Positions 41,475 to 52,084 of a stretch of DNA of 62,873 nt are shown piece after piece. Under the pieces are notes generated by a model. It was given only the letters and a program-made list of their open reading frames with translations. It had not been told where the DNA came from and ran no database searches. Origin of the DNA: Synechococcales cyanobacterium VAR_4_metabat_354 (lineage in GTDB: Bacteria; Cyanobacteriota; Cyanobacteriia; Cyanobacteriales; Chamaesiphonaceae); contig JANOQI010000020.1 of NCBI GenBank assembly GCA_031414775.1, positions 1 to 62,873 of the forward strand, written 5' to 3'. A program made the translations under genes and the position numbers. How positions within the stretch are numbered: position 1 is the first letter of the stretch; each line of letters begins with the position of its first letter.

Positions 41475-42815
41475 ATGAAGCGTAGATACCTCTTACAGTA
41501 TGGAACTTTAACTACTGCCAGCCTAGCTTTTGCTGCTTGTAGTAAAGGCGTGAATCAAGCTAAGCCAGTAGCTTTTGGTCAGCCAGAGAAAAAAGAATTA
41601 AATATTGGTTTTGTAGAATCCATAAGTTCGCTACCACTGGTTATTGCTCAAGATAAAGGCTTTTTCAAAGATCAAGGCTTAACGGTGAAGCTGGTCAAGT
41701 TTCCGACTTGGGAAGCCCTGCAAGAAGGTTTAACCAAAGGTCAAGTCGATGTCGCTCAGACCCATTTTGCCGTGCCACTCTGGTCGCAGATAAAAAAAGA
41801 CAAATTGCCTATCGTAGCCTTGATGGGGATGACTCTCAACGGCAATAGTATGGGGTTTAGTAAACAAGCCTGGGATGGCGGCATGCGTCCTAGTCCTCAA
41901 TTCAATTATCGGATTGAGTTTGGCGAACTGTACAACAACTATGTGCGTAGTTTCAAGACACCGCCGGTTTTTGCGATCGATCATCCGGCATCAATGTCTA
42001 GCTACTTGGCGCGTTATTGGTTGGGAACCATGCAGATCCATCCCGACAAAAGCTTTAAGTTCCAAGTGGTGAAAAGTCAAGATTTGTTAGCTGGGGTGCA
42101 GTCCAAGAAAATCGATGCTTATGCAGTAGAAGAATCTACCCATCAGCAACTGATTAAAAGTAAAAATGGCTTTACGGCCTATGTCGATCGAGATATTTGG
42201 CAGGGACACCCTGATAAAATTTTGGCAACTACGGCTGGTTGGACAAAAAGTAATCCCATTACCGCCAAGGCCGTAGTGGCCTCGGTGTTAGCGGCTTGTC
42301 AATTTTGCGACATCGAACGCTTACGGCAAGACGAGGACAAAACTCCCATTACTTTGGCTCAGCAATTAGTTAAGCCCGATTATCTGGATGGTGGTGATGC
42401 CCAAGATCTGAAGGCACTGTTGAAGGGGAATTATCAGTACGATCGAATGAATGCAGTGGCTAAGGCACCGGCTAGCATTCCAGATTTTCAGATTTTTCAC
42501 TATATGGACAAGCTGGATTATCTCAAAGATCCCAATAATGCTAATTATCTTTGGCAGTCCCATGCTGTTTGGGTGCTAACTCAAATGGTGCGCTGGAATC
42601 AGCTAAATTTATTTGAATATCCGAAAGATGCTGATAAGTTGATTGCAGCGGCTTATCCGATGGACGTTTTTAGGGATGTCGCAAAGGCGGTGGGTCTGAA
42701 TTTACCGAAAGAAACTGTTAAGAAGGAAGAAAAAAACGTTTTTATTGATAAGTTGGCTTTTGATGCTGGCACGCCATCAGAATACATCAATGGATTTGAC
42801 ATTCGCACTAGTTGA
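41475..42815 (+). CDS. CmpA/NrtA-family ABC substrate-binding lipoprotein (orphan)
   Basis: KRR + AAC lipobox; PLVIAQDKGFF..GL, RYWL, DIWQGHPDK, WQSHAVW.LTQMVRW. Confidence 0.85.
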   Translation: MKRRYLLQYGTLTTASLAFAACSKGVNQAKPVAFGQPEKKELNIGFVESISSLPLVIAQDKGFFKDQGLTVKLVKFPTWEALQEGLTKGQVDVAQTHFAVPLWSQIKKDKLPIVALMGMTLNGNSMGFSKQAWDGGMRPSPQFNYRIEFGELYNNYVRSFKTPPVFAIDHPASMSSYLARYWLGTMQIHPDKSFKFQVVKSQDLLAGVQSKKIDAYAVEESTHQQLIKSKNGFTAYVDRDIWQGHPDKILATTAGWTKSNPITAKAVVASVLAACQFCDIERLRQDEDKTPITLAQQLVKPDYLDGGDAQDLKALLKGNYQYDRMNAVAKAPASIPDFQIFHYMDKLDYLKDPNNANYLWQSHAVWVLTQMVRWNQLNLFEYPKDADKLIAAAYPMDVFRDVAKAVGLNLPKETVKKEEKNVFIDKLAFDAGTPSEYINGFDIRTS

Positions 42816-42889
42816 TCGATTATTTTTGATGTTGTAATAATCCTCGACAATGCTTTTCTTTAATTTATTTCAGACTGATTCAGAAAAAA

Positions 42890-43957
42890 TCACACTTGGG
42901 CTAAAGCTGTACAACCCACATCCTCTGGGGTGGATGCGGCGCTGCCTAAATCGGCTAAGTGTTGAATATGTCGATCGATCAACTCCGTCCCACCCTCTAC
43001 CGTTTCAATCAGCGCCAACTTACCACGCAATTCTGCTGCCCCCGCAAAACCCTTGGCATACCAAGTCAGATGCTTACGCGCTTGGCGCACACCATAAATG
43101 CCCTTGTAGTCAAACAGTGCTTGCAAATGATCTTTGGCGCATTCCAAACGTTCGATCGGACTAGGCGGCACCAGTTCTTCACCAGTTTTCAAAAAGTGAT
43201 CGACCTCACCTACCAAAAAGGGATAACCCAAAGTTCCCCGTGAGCACATCACTCCATCAGCACCAGTTTGCTCCAAACAGTCTACTGCGGCTTGCACCGA
43301 GAACATATCGCCATTGCCAATCACCGGAATGGTCAGAATTTCCTTGACCTGCCGAATCCAGTCCCACTTGGCGGGACCATTGTAGCCCTGGGCACGGGTG
43401 CGACCATGCACCGTCAACATTTGGGCACCAGAATCTTCCATGAGCTTGGCGAAGCTCAAAATATTGATTTCGCTGTCTGACCAGCCAATGCGAGTTTTGA
43501 CAGTGACCGGGATGCTAACGGCTTGTACCACCGCCCGGACGATCGCAGCGGCGGTTTCCGGGTCGCGGAGTAATGAAGAACCACCGCCATTTTTAGTGAT
43601 TTTATTGACCGGACAGCCCATGTTGATATCGACAGTATCGGCTCCTTCATCTACGGCTCTTTGAGCCGCTTCAGCCAAAAAGTCCGGGCGACAGTCGAAG
43701 AGCTGAATGCTAATTGGTCGCTCACCAGCGTCAATTTCCATGATCCGAGGCAGCTCTTTAACATAGTGCAAACCGGTGGCGTTGACCATCTCGGTATAGA
43801 GCATTGAAGTGGGAGCATAGCGCCGCACCAATCGCCGGAAAACCAAATCGGTGACACCGGAGAGAGGTGATTGAAATACCCGACTCTTTAGTTCAAAGGA
43901 GCCAATTTTGAGGGGAGTGGCTAATCGATCGCGGAGGGCAGGGCTGAGAGTAACCAT
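42890..43957 (-). CDS. dusB: tRNA-dihydrouridine synthase B
   Basis: SPLSGVTD, DINMGCP, VKTRIGW, HGRT, GNGD. Confidence 0.93.
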   Translation of the reverse strand: MVTLSPALRDRLATPLKIGSFELKSRVFQSPLSGVTDLVFRRLVRRYAPTSMLYTEMVNATGLHYVKELPRIMEIDAGERPISIQLFDCRPDFLAEAAQRAVDEGADTVDINMGCPVNKITKNGGGSSLLRDPETAAAIVRAVVQAVSIPVTVKTRIGWSDSEINILSFAKLMEDSGAQMLTVHGRTRAQGYNGPAKWDWIRQVKEILTIPVIGNGDMFSVQAAVDCLEQTGADGVMCSRGTLGYPFLVGEVDHFLKTGEELVPPSPIERLECAKDHLQALFDYKGIYGVRQARKHLTWYAKGFAGAAELRGKLALIETVEGGTELIDRHIQHLADLGSAASTPEDVGCTALAQV

Positions 43958-44144
43958 AGATTGCAAAAATGGAGTTAGCCTTCATTATCTATCACATTTT
44001 CTAATTCCTAAAAATTGATGAAGTGCAAATGTATGCGAGGATCGTTGCAACTTTAGCTTTTGTTGCTGTTTGTGCATAATTCAGAGCCGAGCGACGAAAT
44101 TCTAAGCAGCAGTTCGGTAGTTATTATTTTCGGGAAACTTGTCT

Positions 44145-45440
44145 ATGTTTAACAAAATCTTTAAACTTCCTCTCTACACGCAAATCATTATTGCCTTGGG
44201 CGTTGCGATAATTTTAGGAATAGCATTGGGTGCCGGTAGCCCCATTACGAGCAAAGAAAACCTCGAACACTTAGCACTACCGGCCAAGTTAATCATTCGT
44301 GCTCTCAGCACCTTGGCTACGCCGCTAATTTTTCTATCGATTATCAACACGCTGTTGACGGCTGATATTCCGGGGAATGCAGCCAAACGACTGGGAGTAT
44401 TGCTCACCACCAACACGGTGGTAGCGATCGGCATCGGACTGTTGGTAGCTAATACTATCAGACCCGGCAGCTATGGCAAAAACTTAGTGCCAGATCGAAC
44501 TAGTGACTTACTCGACAAGACCAAATCCTTCGATCCTTGGCAATTATTGGATGGGGTGGTGCCTGATTCGATCGTCAAACCCTTTGCCGATAAAACCAGT
44601 GTGATTTCATTGATCTTGTTGGCACTGGCCGTGGGGATTGCCGTTCGATCGATCAAACAACACCAAGTTAAGAACCAACAAACCGACTATCAGCCCTTAG
44701 AACAGATCATCACGATGCTGTTCAATACCATCATTAAAGTCCTACATTGGGTAATTGCTTTAGTGCCGCTAGCCGTATTGGGAATTGTCGCCAAGACGAT
44801 CGCGATTCAGGGTTTTGCGCCCTTTCAATCTCTTTTCGCCTTCATTCTGGCAGTGATTTTGGCGCTATTTTTACAAGCCGTTTACTACATGGGACGAATT
44901 AGTTTTGGTTCTTGGGTCAGTCCCCAGCGGTTTTTCAGCCAGGGTCTCGATCCGCTAATTGCAGCTTTTTCCACCGCTTCTTCGACGGCTACCATGCCCA
45001 TTACTTACGAAACCCTGATCAATAAAGTGGGGCTGCGGCGGTCGTCAGCATCGCTGGGTGCCTTAGTGGGTTCTAATTTTAATAATGACGGAACGGCTTT
45101 GTATGAAGCGATTTCGGCGCTGTTTATTGCTCAGGTCTTGAACCTGAATTTAAATATTGGTCAGCAAGTAATGGTGATGCTGACTTCGATTTTCGCTTCC
45201 GTCGGGGCAGCAGGGATTCCCGAAGCGGGCTTGGTGACGATGAGCTTGGTGTTTAACTCGGTGGGACTGCCTACTGAATACATCACCATTTTGTTAACCG
45301 TGGATTGGTTTCTCGATCGAGTGCGCACCGCCATTAATGTCATGGGGGATATGACGGTGAGTTCGCTGATCGATGGCAAACAGCGATCACCGACCACTGA
45401 GGAGTTGGAGCTATTAGAAGAGGTCATCGATCATAGCTAA
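44145..45440 (+). CDS. dicarboxylate/amino acid:cation symporter
   Basis: AFSTASSTAT, NFNNDGTALY, SVGAAGIP, DWFLDRVRT. Confidence 0.92.
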   Translation: MFNKIFKLPLYTQIIIALGVAIILGIALGAGSPITSKENLEHLALPAKLIIRALSTLATPLIFLSIINTLLTADIPGNAAKRLGVLLTTNTVVAIGIGLLVANTIRPGSYGKNLVPDRTSDLLDKTKSFDPWQLLDGVVPDSIVKPFADKTSVISLILLALAVGIAVRSIKQHQVKNQQTDYQPLEQIITMLFNTIIKVLHWVIALVPLAVLGIVAKTIAIQGFAPFQSLFAFILAVILALFLQAVYYMGRISFGSWVSPQRFFSQGLDPLIAAFSTASSTATMPITYETLINKVGLRRSSASLGALVGSNFNNDGTALYEAISALFIAQVLNLNLNIGQQVMVMLTSIFASVGAAGIPEAGLVTMSLVFNSVGLPTEYITILLTVDWFLDRVRTAINVMGDMTVSSLIDGKQRSPTTEELELLEEVIDHS

Positions 45441-45441
45441 G

Positions 45442-46974
45442 CTACTTCCCTAATCGACAAGTACTGCGATAGCCATCCGATGCTGGTTCTTGCCAAGAGT
45501 AAGAAAAATGACTAATTGCATTAATTTGCGGTGAAGTACGGTGAATCTCAGCTAATTGCAGTTCCATTGCTGGCCGATTTTCAAAACTCTTCCCCCACAC
45601 CCCGGCTAAGGCTGGCACTACAATGGTGCCACTTTGCGAAGCTTTGAGTACCTGCGCCACTTGTTCGCCAATACAACTACTCTGCCCACAAATGGCATAA
45701 GCCATCGGGTGCCACTCCATACTGGGCGAAAACTTCGGCCAATGCTGGAGCCGCGAATCAAAACCCTGGCCGATCGATCGATTACCCTCTGGGAAAAAAA
45801 TCGTCCCCGATTTAACCCCAGATCGTTGAGCAACATTGGCCGCCTCACTCAAATACTGCACCACACCGTCACCAGCATAATTTACTGCCAAATTCCATAG
45901 TTCTTTTTGGTACAAAGCAGCTCGATTTTTTGGTGTCAGTTTCAACTCATTAGCCATGGCCTGACGACCATCCCACAGAGGTTCACGCTCCTCTGGAAAC
46001 ATCAAATCCAATTGAGCAATATTGGCTAACCGGATATTCCCCTGGTCTAAAAAGAGTCTAATTAACTCTGCCCCTTTTTTATTTTGGGACATCCCTTCCA
46101 GGTTTTTGCGAGCGTCTTCCCCGTAGATCCACAGATCTTTGACGTTGGACGCGATCGATTGGCCGCCTTGGCCCTTGGGATAACGAATATAGTCAAACAA
46201 AATGCCGTCGGGCTTCCGCTTGGCCACTTCGTTCACCAACAGATTAAAATCGGTGCGCGCTTGCTGGCTGTGTGGGCTGACAAACAACACCGAAGCTGGA
46301 CCATCTCCGATTGGTTGACTGCCTTCATCCCCAGCAAACCAACTTTTTTCACCCCGGCCATTGACATTAATCGCCGTATCGCGACTGGCTTGCAAGGCAT
46401 AGTTCGAGCCAAAATTCAGACTGTATACCCAGGCATAAACTTTTAAGCCCCGCGCTCGGCCTTTCTTAATCACTTCGGCTAATAGATCGGTCTGACGCAC
46501 GGTGCCAGTAGCCAAGACTGATGGCCAGATGGTCGGATTGCTAGCTTGGGGCAATAACACCTGGCCAGCATAGAAAGTAGCCAAATAAACTTGGTTGTAG
46601 CCTCGATTTACAGCATAATCTAGCAATTCATCGACGGCACCAGGCCGACTGTCACAAGGATACATCCGCAACCACAGAGCCTGGGTTTTCAGCCAGCTCC
46701 GCTGCCGACAGTTCTGAAGTTCTTGGGCATGTTTATTGGTAATTTGGGTGTAGCGCTGTTGACTAACCAGATCACCTTGAAGCGCTGTCGATCGCCATTT
46801 ATTTTTCTCACTAACGGCGGCTGCGGGTAAAAAGCAATATTCGTTATCGGTAACGTTAGTCGCTGTTGTTTGGGCAATAGCTGGTGCGATCGTCAGGCAA
46901 AGATGAATTGTGGCAAAGATTCCCGCCGAGAGCTGGGGAAGACACCAACCAAGGATATTTTTAATCAGCGTCAT
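45442..46974 (-). CDS. family 10 glycosyl hydrolase-like (GHL10) protein
   Basis: Signal peptide; QALWLR, GLKVYAW, PDGILFDYIRYP. Confidence 0.75.
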   Translation of the reverse strand: MTLIKNILGWCLPQLSAGIFATIHLCLTIAPAIAQTTATNVTDNEYCFLPAAAVSEKNKWRSTALQGDLVSQQRYTQITNKHAQELQNCRQRSWLKTQALWLRMYPCDSRPGAVDELLDYAVNRGYNQVYLATFYAGQVLLPQASNPTIWPSVLATGTVRQTDLLAEVIKKGRARGLKVYAWVYSLNFGSNYALQASRDTAINVNGRGEKSWFAGDEGSQPIGDGPASVLFVSPHSQQARTDFNLLVNEVAKRKPDGILFDYIRYPKGQGGQSIASNVKDLWIYGEDARKNLEGMSQNKKGAELIRLFLDQGNIRLANIAQLDLMFPEEREPLWDGRQAMANELKLTPKNRAALYQKELWNLAVNYAGDGVVQYLSEAANVAQRSGVKSGTIFFPEGNRSIGQGFDSRLQHWPKFSPSMEWHPMAYAICGQSSCIGEQVAQVLKASQSGTIVVPALAGVWGKSFENRPAMELQLAEIHRTSPQINAISHFSYSWQEPASDGYRSTCRLGK

Positions 46975-47082
46975 ACAAGGGCAGCGTCAGGCATATTGGT
47001 GGAGAAAGAAATACTTGTGGCGAAACAAACATTTTTCTTGGAATGCTGATCTTAGCAAAGTGTTCCAATGTATAGGCAAAAA

Positions 47083-47111
47083 TAAACTGCTTACGGACGT
47101 AAAGCAGTTTA
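47083..47111 (-). terminator. terminator downstream of psb27
   Basis: TAAACTGCTTACG-ga-CGTAAAGCAGTTTA with flanking A tract. Confidence 0.6.
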
Positions 47112-47135
47112 ATGGCTGAATTTTTGGCCGACTAG

Positions 47136-47537
47136 TTAAGCTCCACGCTCTAAAGCTGATTCAATTTGTTTAAATTTTTGCGCTAGATTTTCTTTCAGTT
47201 TGTCGGGGACAGGACGATTCGGATAGGCCGCATAATGAGCCGCCAAAGAGTTCAAGGCCGTCCGCATACTGGTATAAGAATTGAGCTTGGTAAGTGCCGC
47301 ATCTGTCCGATAGCGAGAAGAAAAGTCATTGATATTTTGGCGAGCCAACGATTGAGCCGTGGCTTTTTCGGGAGTTTCTTCCACGGCATCCAAAGCCGAT
47401 CGTAAACTACTGATCACGGTCAAACTATCTTGACGATAGTTGCCCACCAACCCTCCAGCAGTTTCTGAAGAGCATCCAGTCAAACCAATTACTACTACTA
47501 ATACCAAAGCGATCAATTGTGACCACAAACGCTGCAT
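47136..47537 (-). CDS. psb27: photosystem II lipoprotein Psb27
   Basis: LTGC lipobox, GNYRQDS, SYTSMRTALNSLAAHY, RP.P.KLK. Confidence 0.93.
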   Translation of the reverse strand: MQRLWSQLIALVLVVVIGLTGCSSETAGGLVGNYRQDSLTVISSLRSALDAVEETPEKATAQSLARQNINDFSSRYRTDAALTKLNSYTSMRTALNSLAAHYAAYPNRPVPDKLKENLAQKFKQIESALERGA

Positions 47538-47680
47538 AAACATACTTTATGGGGAAATTATTAAATTTAAAATGTTCGTTTATCCTAACCTGTATTTTGG
47601 TCTTTCTCGCACAAAATAACCAGGCCAGACAACGAATGCTAGAATTTTCGTAATCTGCGCCCACGTCTAAAATATTGCCC

Positions 47681-48289
47681 ATGAGTCAGCGATCGATTAC
47701 TGTTTTGCCCCGTTTCTATGAGCTGCTGTGGGCGATCGGGGGATTATTATTGATGGTCTGCGCCAACTTCATCCTGGTTTACACCGTCAATCTACCCTGG
47801 CAATGGCGGCCAGGAGTAGGGATACTACCGCTGAATATTAGTTGTCAAGTAGCAGCAGTGCTGCTGATTGCCTGCGTCGGCGGCCGAAATGCCAGCACTT
47901 TAGTACAGCTGATATATATCATTATCGGTCTGTCTGGTTTCTATACTGTATTTAACGATGGTGGGGGTTGGGGTTATTTGCAAAAGCCGGTTTTTGGCTA
48001 TATTTTAGGTTTTATACCGGCGAGTTGGCTCTGCGGCTCTTTAGCTTTTAGAATGCGCCCAAATCTAGAAAATATTAGCCTGAGCTGTGTGGTTGGACTA
48101 GCAATTATTCATCTGCTGGGAATAGTTTATCTATTGTTTTTGCAGTTGTTTAGCTGGGCGACAGGTAGTCCATTTGCACTGCAAAAATTAGTGTTGCAAT
48201 ATTCTTTTAGTCTTTTACCCAGTCAGCTGATCGCTGTTTGTGCCACGGCGTTGATTGCTTTTGGGTTGCGCCGGATCCTGCTCTATTAA
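47681..48289 (+). CDS. bioY: biotin transporter BioY
   Basis: CQVAAVLL, Y...GL.G..VF..GGG.GY...P.FGYILGF. Confidence 0.88.
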   Translation: MSQRSITVLPRFYELLWAIGGLLLMVCANFILVYTVNLPWQWRPGVGILPLNISCQVAAVLLIACVGGRNASTLVQLIYIIIGLSGFYTVFNDGGGWGYLQKPVFGYILGFIPASWLCGSLAFRMRPNLENISLSCVVGLAIIHLLGIVYLLFLQLFSWATGSPFALQKLVLQYSFSLLPSQLIAVCATALIAFGLRRILLY

Positions 48290-48330
48290 AATTCTCTTCT
48301 ACCAAAAATACATAAAGACACCAGCGATAC

Positions 48331-48789
48331 ATGTTAAAAAATCATTTATTTTGGGTAGTAGCGGCGACCAGTTTAGCGATCGATCAAATCACTAAATATT
48401 GGGTGATTCAGGCGCTGCCGATCGAGACATCCCATGCAATTTGGCAGGGCGTATTCCATTTTACCCACGTCATCAATGATGGGGCGGCGGGCAGTTCTTT
48501 TAAGGGGGCGATCTGGCTCCGTTGGTTGTCTTTGGTAGTCAGTCTTTTTCTGATGGGGTTAGCAGTGTGGGGTCCCAAGCTGGTCAAGCTGGAGCAACTA
48601 GCCTATGGCTTGGTGTTGGCCGGAGCGATGGGCAACGGCATTGAGCGTTTTGCCTTGGGATATGTTACTGATTTCATTGACGTGCGGCTTATTCATTTCC
48701 CGATTTTTAATTGGGCCGATACCTCAATTAACCTCGGAATTTTGACTTATCTGATTTATATCAAGATCAGCTCCAAACAAACGGTCTAG
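48331..48789 (+). CDS. lspA: lipoprotein signal peptidase
   Basis: DQITKYW, N.GAA, GAMGN.IER, VTDFI, FPIFNWAD. Confidence 0.93.
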   Translation: MLKNHLFWVVAATSLAIDQITKYWVIQALPIETSHAIWQGVFHFTHVINDGAAGSSFKGAIWLRWLSLVVSLFLMGLAVWGPKLVKLEQLAYGLVLAGAMGNGIERFALGYVTDFIDVRLIHFPIFNWADTSINLGILTYLIYIKISSKQTV

Positions 48790-48830
48790 GAGTCCAGACT
48801 ATAATCGATATAACCATCTCAATTATCGCC

Positions 48831-49010
48831 ATGTCCTGGAGCCAAAGACTAGCCTACATTTTCACCAGCGCATTAGGCGCAACGATTTTGTTCTATTTGC
48901 TGAGAGGCTTTAAGATTATGACCATCTTTCCGGGTGGATTGATTTTGGTCTTGATCGTGCTATCGATCGCCAGTGGTTTGCTATACGGGGTGCTCAAAAC
49001 CAAACGCTAA
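48831..49010 (+). CDS. 59-aa two-TM small membrane protein (not in ORF track)
   Basis: MSWSQRLAYIFTSALGATILFYLLRGFKIMTIFPGGLILVLIVLSIASGLLYGVLKTKR*; fills the lspA-malic enzyme gap; TATAAT upstream. Confidence 0.7.
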   Translation: MSWSQRLAYIFTSALGATILFYLLRGFKIMTIFPGGLILVLIVLSIASGLLYGVLKTKR

Positions 49011-49100
49011 GAAATTGCCGAGAAATCATGTCATCTTTTGCCGAAAGCCATCTCGATGACTGATAATAAAAATTCCTCCTCATTGGTTAGGCATCCTTCC

Positions 49101-50492
49101 ATGACAAACCTCACTCCTAATCCTTCTTTTAGCATCACAATGCGCCTCGAAACTCCTCACAAATCGGGGATGCTAGCTAGTATTGCTCAAGCTATTGCTT
49201 CAGTGGGGGGCAATATCAGTGCGATCGACATTACCGAACAAACTCGCGCTATTTCTATTATCGAAGTCACTGTTGATGCCACCAGCGCTGAACACGGCGA
49301 CCAGATCGGCAGCGTGGTCAAAGGACTGCCCGATGTCAAAATGCAGAGTATGTACGATCGCACCATGCAGCTGCATCGCGGTGGCAAAATTCGGATGGAA
49401 AGCAAACTTTCTCTCGATCGACAGTCCGACTTAGCGATGGCCTATACCCCCGGAGTGGGTCGAGTTTGTCAGGCGATCGCCGCCGACCCCGCCGAAGTTT
49501 ATAACCTAACCGTCAAGAGCAATATGGTGGCAATCGTCAGTGATGGTAGTGCCGTTTTAGGACTGGGCAACCTGGGCGCAGAAGCCTCGATCCCCGTGAT
49601 GGAAGGCAAAGCGATGCTCTTCAAAGAATTTGCCGGGATTGATGCCTTCCCTATTTGCCTGACCACTCAAGACACCGATGAAATCGTCAACATCGTGATC
49701 AATTTAGCCCCAGTTTTTGGCGGTGTGAACCTAGAAGATATTGCCGCCCCCCGCTGTTTTGAAATTGAAGCCCGCTTACGCGCCGCCATGGATATTCCTG
49801 TTTTCCATGACGACCAACACGGCACGGCGATCGTCACCCTCGCCGCCTTAATTAATGCCCTGAAGCTAGTGAAAAAGCCGATCGAAGAGGCCAAAATAGT
49901 TTTCAATGGGGCAGGTGCTGCGGGTATTGCGGTAGCGAAGCTATTGCAACGAGCCGGAGCGAAACATCTCTGTCTCTGCGACTCCAAAGGAATCGTTTCC
50001 ACCCAGCGTACCGATCTCACCCCCGAAAAACAATCGCTCGCTGTGGCGAATAGTGGCTCCCTGGCCGATGCCCTGATCGGAGCAGATGTCTTTATTGGCC
50101 TGAGTGCTCCGGGAGTCGTAACACGAGAGATGGTACAAAGCATGGCTAATCGTCCGATCGTCTTTGCGATGGCCAATCCAGTACCAGAAATTCAACCCGA
50201 GCTAATCTCTGATATCGTCGGGGTGGTGGCCACTGGTCGTAGTGACTATTGCAACCAAATCAATAATGTATTAGCTTTCCCCGGCATGTTCCGAGGGGCT
50301 TTAGACTGCCGCGCCAAGGAGCTAACTCCTAATATGTATCTAGAAGCCGCGAAGGCAATCGCCTCTTTGGTTAATCCGAATGAACTCAGTGCTGAGTACA
50401 TCGTTCCATCAGTTTTTGATAAACGGGTGGTGACGGCTGTGACAGCAGCAGTGCAGAAGGCCGCGCGGGAGGACGGTGTTGCTCGCTATTAA
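49101..50492 (+). CDS. malic enzyme with N-terminal ACT domain
   Basis: AYTPGV, VMEGKA, NLEDI, FHDDQHGT, GAGAAG, NQINNVLAFPG. Confidence 0.93.
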   Translation: MTNLTPNPSFSITMRLETPHKSGMLASIAQAIASVGGNISAIDITEQTRAISIIEVTVDATSAEHGDQIGSVVKGLPDVKMQSMYDRTMQLHRGGKIRMESKLSLDRQSDLAMAYTPGVGRVCQAIAADPAEVYNLTVKSNMVAIVSDGSAVLGLGNLGAEASIPVMEGKAMLFKEFAGIDAFPICLTTQDTDEIVNIVINLAPVFGGVNLEDIAAPRCFEIEARLRAAMDIPVFHDDQHGTAIVTLAALINALKLVKKPIEEAKIVFNGAGAAGIAVAKLLQRAGAKHLCLCDSKGIVSTQRTDLTPEKQSLAVANSGSLADALIGADVFIGLSAPGVVTREMVQSMANRPIVFAMANPVPEIQPELISDIVGVVATGRSDYCNQINNVLAFPGMFRGALDCRAKELTPNMYLEAAKAIASLVNPNELSAEYIVPSVFDKRVVTAVTAAVQKAAREDGVARY

Positions 50493-50539
50493 CTAGTGAG
50501 ACAGTGGTCAGGTCATCGTCTCCTCGATCGATCCCTACG

Positions 50540-51979
50540 TTAGACCTGCCATTTCCCTCCGCCTCGTTTGGCAGCCTCACCAGCTAACTTATGACGAACA
50601 ACAGACAGCCATTCCAATATTGGCTCCATGATTTGCAACCACAAAGATGGTCGCCGCCATTGCTGCGCCGCCGCCACCACCAAATGTGTATGAGTCAGAG
50701 TTACGCCAGGAAAGCGGCTCAAAGTTTCAATATGCAGCCGCTGACGGATGGCTAGGGCAATTATTTGCATCAACTCGGCAGCATCAGGACCCACGATCGT
50801 CGCTCCCACGATTTGACCATTACGGCGCACCACCATCTTGATAAAGCCCACATTAGTTTCAGACATCATGGCCTTCGGATTATCTAAATAATCCGCTTGC
50901 AGAAATACAAGTCGCTGTTGAAAACGGCGCTGGGCAGAACCTACAGTAAGACCAACCCGCGCTAATTGGGGATCGCTAAAAACCACCCAAGGAATGTGGA
51001 AGTATTTAGTGGACTGGGGCTGCGACGTGAGTGCATTTTGCACAGCTAATTTGGCTTCATACTCCGCCAGATGTTCGCCATCATAACCGCCCAAGACCTT
51101 GCCGCAGACACTGCCACAGGCCAAAATACGCTTATTGCTAGTCTCCAACCGTTGATTGACTAAAACCCCTTGGTCATCGTACTCTACGCCTACATTACCT
51201 AAACCAAAATCTGCTACCAGCGGACGGGCGGGGGCTGCTAAAAAGATTTCATCAACATAGATGTTTTGGTCATTCACTACCAAATATTTGGCACCTTCTT
51301 GAATTCCCACCTTCATCACAACTACTTGGGTGAACAGAATTACCCCTGCCGCTTCCAACTGGGCTTGAATGATCGCCACTGCTTCCGGATCTTCTTCGGG
51401 TAAAACCTGATCGGATTCCAATAACAATGTCACCCGACAACCCAATCGACATAGAGTTTGAGCTAATTCTACTCCGATCGCCTCAGTGCCAATAATTGCC
51501 CAACGCCGAGGAATTTTTTCGCTCTTGACCACCGTAGATAAAGTTTCCAGAGTCAAATAACCAGTTTGGCTCAATCCTGGAATATTAAAAATCTGCGGTT
51601 GACTACCCATCGCTAATAGATATTTCTTAGCAGTCAAACGGCGCTGATCTGTATGAAAGGCTAGTTGAGACTTCTGACTAAATTCACCACTACCATTGAT
51701 GATATCTACACCCTGTGCCGCCAAAAGGACTGGCGCAGACCAATGAGCAAAATGGCCAACGGTTGCTTGGGCGTATTGCCACGGATAATGAGCATCCCAG
51801 TGGGCAGACTGCTTTAAGCTGGCTTGATGCAAAGCATGAGGGTAAAGATGTGCATAGCAACTGGTCGCACGATAGGGCATAACCCAAGCAACCCGCGCCG
51901 ATAAATCCACCGCTGCGGCAGCGGCCACCTGTGCCGCTGGGGTGTTACCAACAATAACTAGATCGTAATCTACAGGCAA
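50540..51979 (-). CDS. pyridine nucleotide-disulfide oxidoreductase-like (mercuric reductase/Lpd family, degenerate)
   Basis: YDLVIVG, GVELAQ, PWVVFSDPQLARVG, GATIVG..A.EL. Confidence 0.8.
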   Translation of the reverse strand: MPVDYDLVIVGNTPAAQVAAAAAVDLSARVAWVMPYRATSCYAHLYPHALHQASLKQSAHWDAHYPWQYAQATVGHFAHWSAPVLLAAQGVDIINGSGEFSQKSQLAFHTDQRRLTAKKYLLAMGSQPQIFNIPGLSQTGYLTLETLSTVVKSEKIPRRWAIIGTEAIGVELAQTLCRLGCRVTLLLESDQVLPEEDPEAVAIIQAQLEAAGVILFTQVVVMKVGIQEGAKYLVVNDQNIYVDEIFLAAPARPLVADFGLGNVGVEYDDQGVLVNQRLETSNKRILACGSVCGKVLGGYDGEHLAEYEAKLAVQNALTSQPQSTKYFHIPWVVFSDPQLARVGLTVGSAQRRFQQRLVFLQADYLDNPKAMMSETNVGFIKMVVRRNGQIVGATIVGPDAAELMQIIALAIRQRLHIETLSRFPGVTLTHTHLVVAAAQQWRRPSLWLQIMEPILEWLSVVRHKLAGEAAKRGGGKWQV

Positions 51980-52084
51980 AGTTAGAGAATGGGTAAATGA
52001 CTAAAATCCAGCAGCGCCGCACCAAAGGCTCACTGCAAACAATTTTTCAAATCTTAACCCAGGCCAGCAGCTTCTGCGGCATTT

